From Octopus bimaculoides (Eukaryota): a stretch of 35,624 bases of DNA. Below are positions 32,716 to 35,624 of this stretch, piece after piece. Location of the stretch: NCBI RefSeq assembly GCF_001194135.2, contig NC_068991.1, forward strand, positions 13,894,810-13,930,433, read 5' to 3'. The position numbers and the translations under genes were made by a program. Every line of letters starts with the position of its first letter. The stretch's first letter is position 1. The notes below the pieces were generated by a model. It was given only the letters and a program-made list of their open reading frames with translations, made no database searches and was not told the origin of the DNA.

Positions 32716-32905
32716 CGGTAAGTTCACCGTCATCAATTCACCGCAGGGCAAGTTCACCGTCATCGATTCACGTTTTGTTTTTGTTTTTTTTTCTTTAATA
32801 AAATAGTTTTTACCTGTTAATCGCGAAATACTATGAATATATTTTCTTGGTAAACTTTCCTCGCGGTGAACATCCTTTACGGTGAATTGATGGCGGTAAA
32901 CATGC
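32716..32905. mobile_element. Foldback-like MITE with internally repetitive inverted arms
   Basis: Left arm AAGTTCACCGTCATCAATTCACCGCAGGGCAAGTTCACCG versus reverse complement of right arm ATGTTTACCGCCATCAATTCACCGTAAAGGATGTTCACCG; 30-bp direct subrepeat at 32720 and 32750. Confidence 0.75.
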
Positions 32906-32926
32906 TTGTCATCAATGACCATAGTC

Positions 32927-33313
32927 TTGTTGCGTTGTTGGCACTCCGTCGCTTACGACGTCGACGGTTCCAGTTGATCTGATCAATGGAACAGCCTGCT
33001 CGTGAAATTAACGCGCAAGTGGCTGAGCACTCCACAGACACGTGTGCCCTTAACGTAGTTCTCGGGGATATTCAGCGTGACACAGTGTGACAAGGCTGAC
33101 CCTTTGAGTTACAGGCACAACAGAAACAGGAAGTAAGAGTGAGAGAAAGTTGTGGTGGAAGAGTACAGTAGGGTGCGCCACCATCCCCTGCCGGAGCCTC
33201 GTACAGCTTTAGGTGTTTTTGCTCAATAAACACTCACAACGCCCGGTCTGGGAATCGAAACCACGATCCTATGACTGCGAGTCCGCTGCCCTAACCACTG
33301 GGCCACTGCGCCT
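32927..33313 (-). mobile_element. tRNA-derived SINE, family A, full length, with an (AAC)n tail
   Basis: Reverse complement AGGCGCAGTGGCCCAGTGGTTAGGGCAGCGGACTCGCAG..GGTTTCGATTCCCAGACC..GACGGAGTGCCAACAACGCAACAA; about 90% identical to 21595-21975. Confidence 0.93.
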
Positions 33314-33699
33314 CTACAGTCTATCTAGTAATTTATTACCTTATAAGTCCTTCATTTTTCTAAAGTCATTAAAATATCAATTGAAGAACTTTTAAAACAT
33401 TCATTCAAGCTGGCTACTCTGTACCGTACAAACCCTCATGTTGGCTCCATCAATTGGAGATTCTGCCTAGTAACTATGATCTGATAGCTTCATAGTTTCC
33501 TTTGTCTTACACTTGAAAGAACATTTAATTCATTCTTCTCTGATGTAACAATAGTGGGCATGGCGAGAATGTTTGATGGGTTCTGTTACTGATTATTATT
33601 GCTTAAACAATCGTAATGAGCTTTTACTATAAATGTATTGACACGTTAATGATCAATGTTAATTAGTTGAAAAGTAAGGACGGCGAGGCAGTACGATAT

Positions 33700-33960
33700 A
33701 CATATAAACACACACAGACACACACACACAGACACACACACACAAACACACACACACAGACACACACACACAGACACACACACAGACACACACACACAGA
33801 CACACACACACAGACACACACAGACACATACACGCACGCACACACAAGTACATATATACATACATTCATGCATGCATGCTTACATAAATACATGTGTATG
33901 TATGAGATTTTATATGTACACACATACAGAGAAACGCACTCGCACACACACACATATATG
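33700..33960. repeat. (CA)n/(CACACAGA)n imperfect microsatellite
   Basis: CA runs punctuated by GA. Confidence 0.92.
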
Positions 33961-34065
33961 TTTAGGTATGAGTGAATGTTTCTGTATGTAAGTACATATC
34001 TGTGAATATATGTATACGTGTGAGCGTGTGTGTATATCTATGTATATTGATGTATGTGTAAATGC

Positions 34066-34103
<38 letters not shown>

Positions 34104-34602
34104 NNNNNNNNNNNNNNNNNNNNNNNNNNNNNNNNNNNNNNNNNNNNNNNNNNNNNNNNNNNNNNNNNNNNNNNNNNNNNNNNNNNNNNNNNNNNNNNNN
34201 NNNNNNNNNNNNNNNNNNNNNNNNNNNNNNNNNNNNNNNNNNNNNNNNNNNNNNNNNNNNNNNNNNNNNNNNNNNNNNNNNNNNNNNNNNNNNNNNNNNN
34301 NNNNNNNNNNNNNNNNNNNNNNNNNNNNNNNNNNNNNNNNNNNNNNNNNNNNNNNNNNNNNNNNNNNNNNNNNNNNNNNNNNNNNNNNNNNNNNNNNNNN
34401 NNNNNNNNNNNNNNNNNNNNNNNNNNNNNNNNNNNNNNNNNNNNNNNNNNNNNNNNNNNNNNNNNNNNNNNNNNNNNNNNNNNNNNNNNNNNNNNNNNNN
34501 NNNNNNNNNNNNNNNNNNNNNNNNNNNNNNNNNNNNNNNNNNNNNNNNNNNNNNNNNNNNNNNNNNNNNNNNNNNNNNNNNNNNNNNNNNNNNNNNNNNN
34601 NN
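34104..34602. other. Assembly gap (N)
   Basis: Run of N. Confidence 1.
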
Positions 34603-35123
34603 ATATACATATTAATGTCCACCTCATTACTTTTCGCCCGTTGTATCATCCTCCTTTCTTCAGGTGCCTATCAGTTTCCGTATAATCCTCGAAAATTGAA
34701 ACGAAACCCAGTATTAACTCCACGTAGGCTGATTATTCTCAGTGCGTTATACAAAGAATATAAGACAGTTTATCTGTAGATTCGCGGCTGGATTTACCTT
34801 ACGGATCATGTTAGTTTACTTTGTCACAATCTAGTTTCATTTTACATGAAAACTTTTCGAGTTAATTCCTTCATAATTTGATTGAATCCTTTCCTCTCTA
34901 TCATAAACATCAGAGCACCTCGCTATGATAGACAGTTGTGTAACAATGTAATATAATATGTTTGTGTACGGTGTTTAACTTGTCCTGCAATGCTAGATAA
35001 TTCAGCAATCATTTTGAAATAATTATAGTACATTTAAAATGAAAATGCAATTCGATAATTAAAATAGCAAAATAAATACATTTAGGCACGTAATTTGAAA
35101 GGAACGGAGAGAGAGATGGGTAA

Positions 35124-35206
<83 letters not shown>

Positions 35207-35400
35207 TCTTTCTTTTATTAGCCACGCAGGGTTGCACACAGAGGGGACAAATACAACTGTAGAGCTTTTCTTTAAAAATAAAAAAAGAAGGTAAAATAAA
35301 AATTAAAAAATCCGATCAAAAGGGATCGGTAGGGGCAAAAAAAAAAAGGGGTATCGTATATCACAGAAAATGTCAATAGTGTAAAATGGGGTAACATTTA
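35124..35400 (-). mobile_element. 3' end of a non-LTR retroelement: AATAAA followed by a (TCTA)n tail (copy 1)
   Basis: Minus strand ..TTGTATTTGTCCC..CCCTGCGTGGCT-AATAAA-AGAAAGATA(TCTA)n; 35209-35269 is 53/61 identical to 35565-35624. Confidence 0.65.
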
Positions 35401-35492
35401 GATAGATAGATAGATAGATAGATTTATTTATCTTATTACCTAAGTCCTTCATTTTTCTAAAGTCATTAAGGTACGCTTTGAAGAGCTAGATC

Positions 35493-35493
35493 G

Positions 35494-35531
<38 letters not shown>

Positions 35532-35624
35532 GTAGATAGATAGATAGATAGATAGATAGATACATTTCTTTTATTAGCCACACAGGGCTCAACGAAGATG
35601 GGACAAATACAATGTAGAGCTTTT
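35493..35624 (-). mobile_element. Second copy of the same (TCTA)n-tailed 3' end, cut by the window edge
   Basis: (GATA)n followed by TTTCTTTTATTAGCCACACAGGGCTCAACGAAGATGGGACAAATACAATGTAGAGCTTTT. Confidence 0.65.

Overview
AT-rich, repeat-dense eukaryotic DNA with seven N-gaps, each abutting a microsatellite. The repeat content looks like an octopus/cephalopod intron or intergenic region (inference; I could not run a search). No complete protein-coding gene, RNA gene, CRISPR array or promoter is supportable, and nearly all listed ORFs are microsatellite or gap artefacts. The real content is: (i) three tRNA-headed SINE families (labelled A, B, C here; I cannot assign them to the published octopus names OK/OR1/OR2/Twister); (ii) a headless ~215-bp repeat ('family D') that is both dispersed and tandemly arrayed; (iii) decayed LINE pieces (CR1/L2-like RT, a CR1-like 3' end, RTE-like 3' ends, and a (TCTA)n-tailed non-LTR 3' end); (iv) DNA-transposon relics (internally deleted Tc1/mariner transposase, mariner MITE, probable helentron-associated element, foldback-like MITE, pogo-like MITE); (v) a diverged ~72-bp tandem array with a palindromic core; (vi) two low-confidence minus-strand exon candidates. 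The best leads are a LINE 3' end sharing its tail with SINE-C, a GTCGA/TCGAC hairpin core shared by SINE-B and SINE-C, the family-D tandem arrays, an 18-bp target-site-like duplication around a chimeric insert, and the 72-bp array. All coordinates and identities were read by eye.
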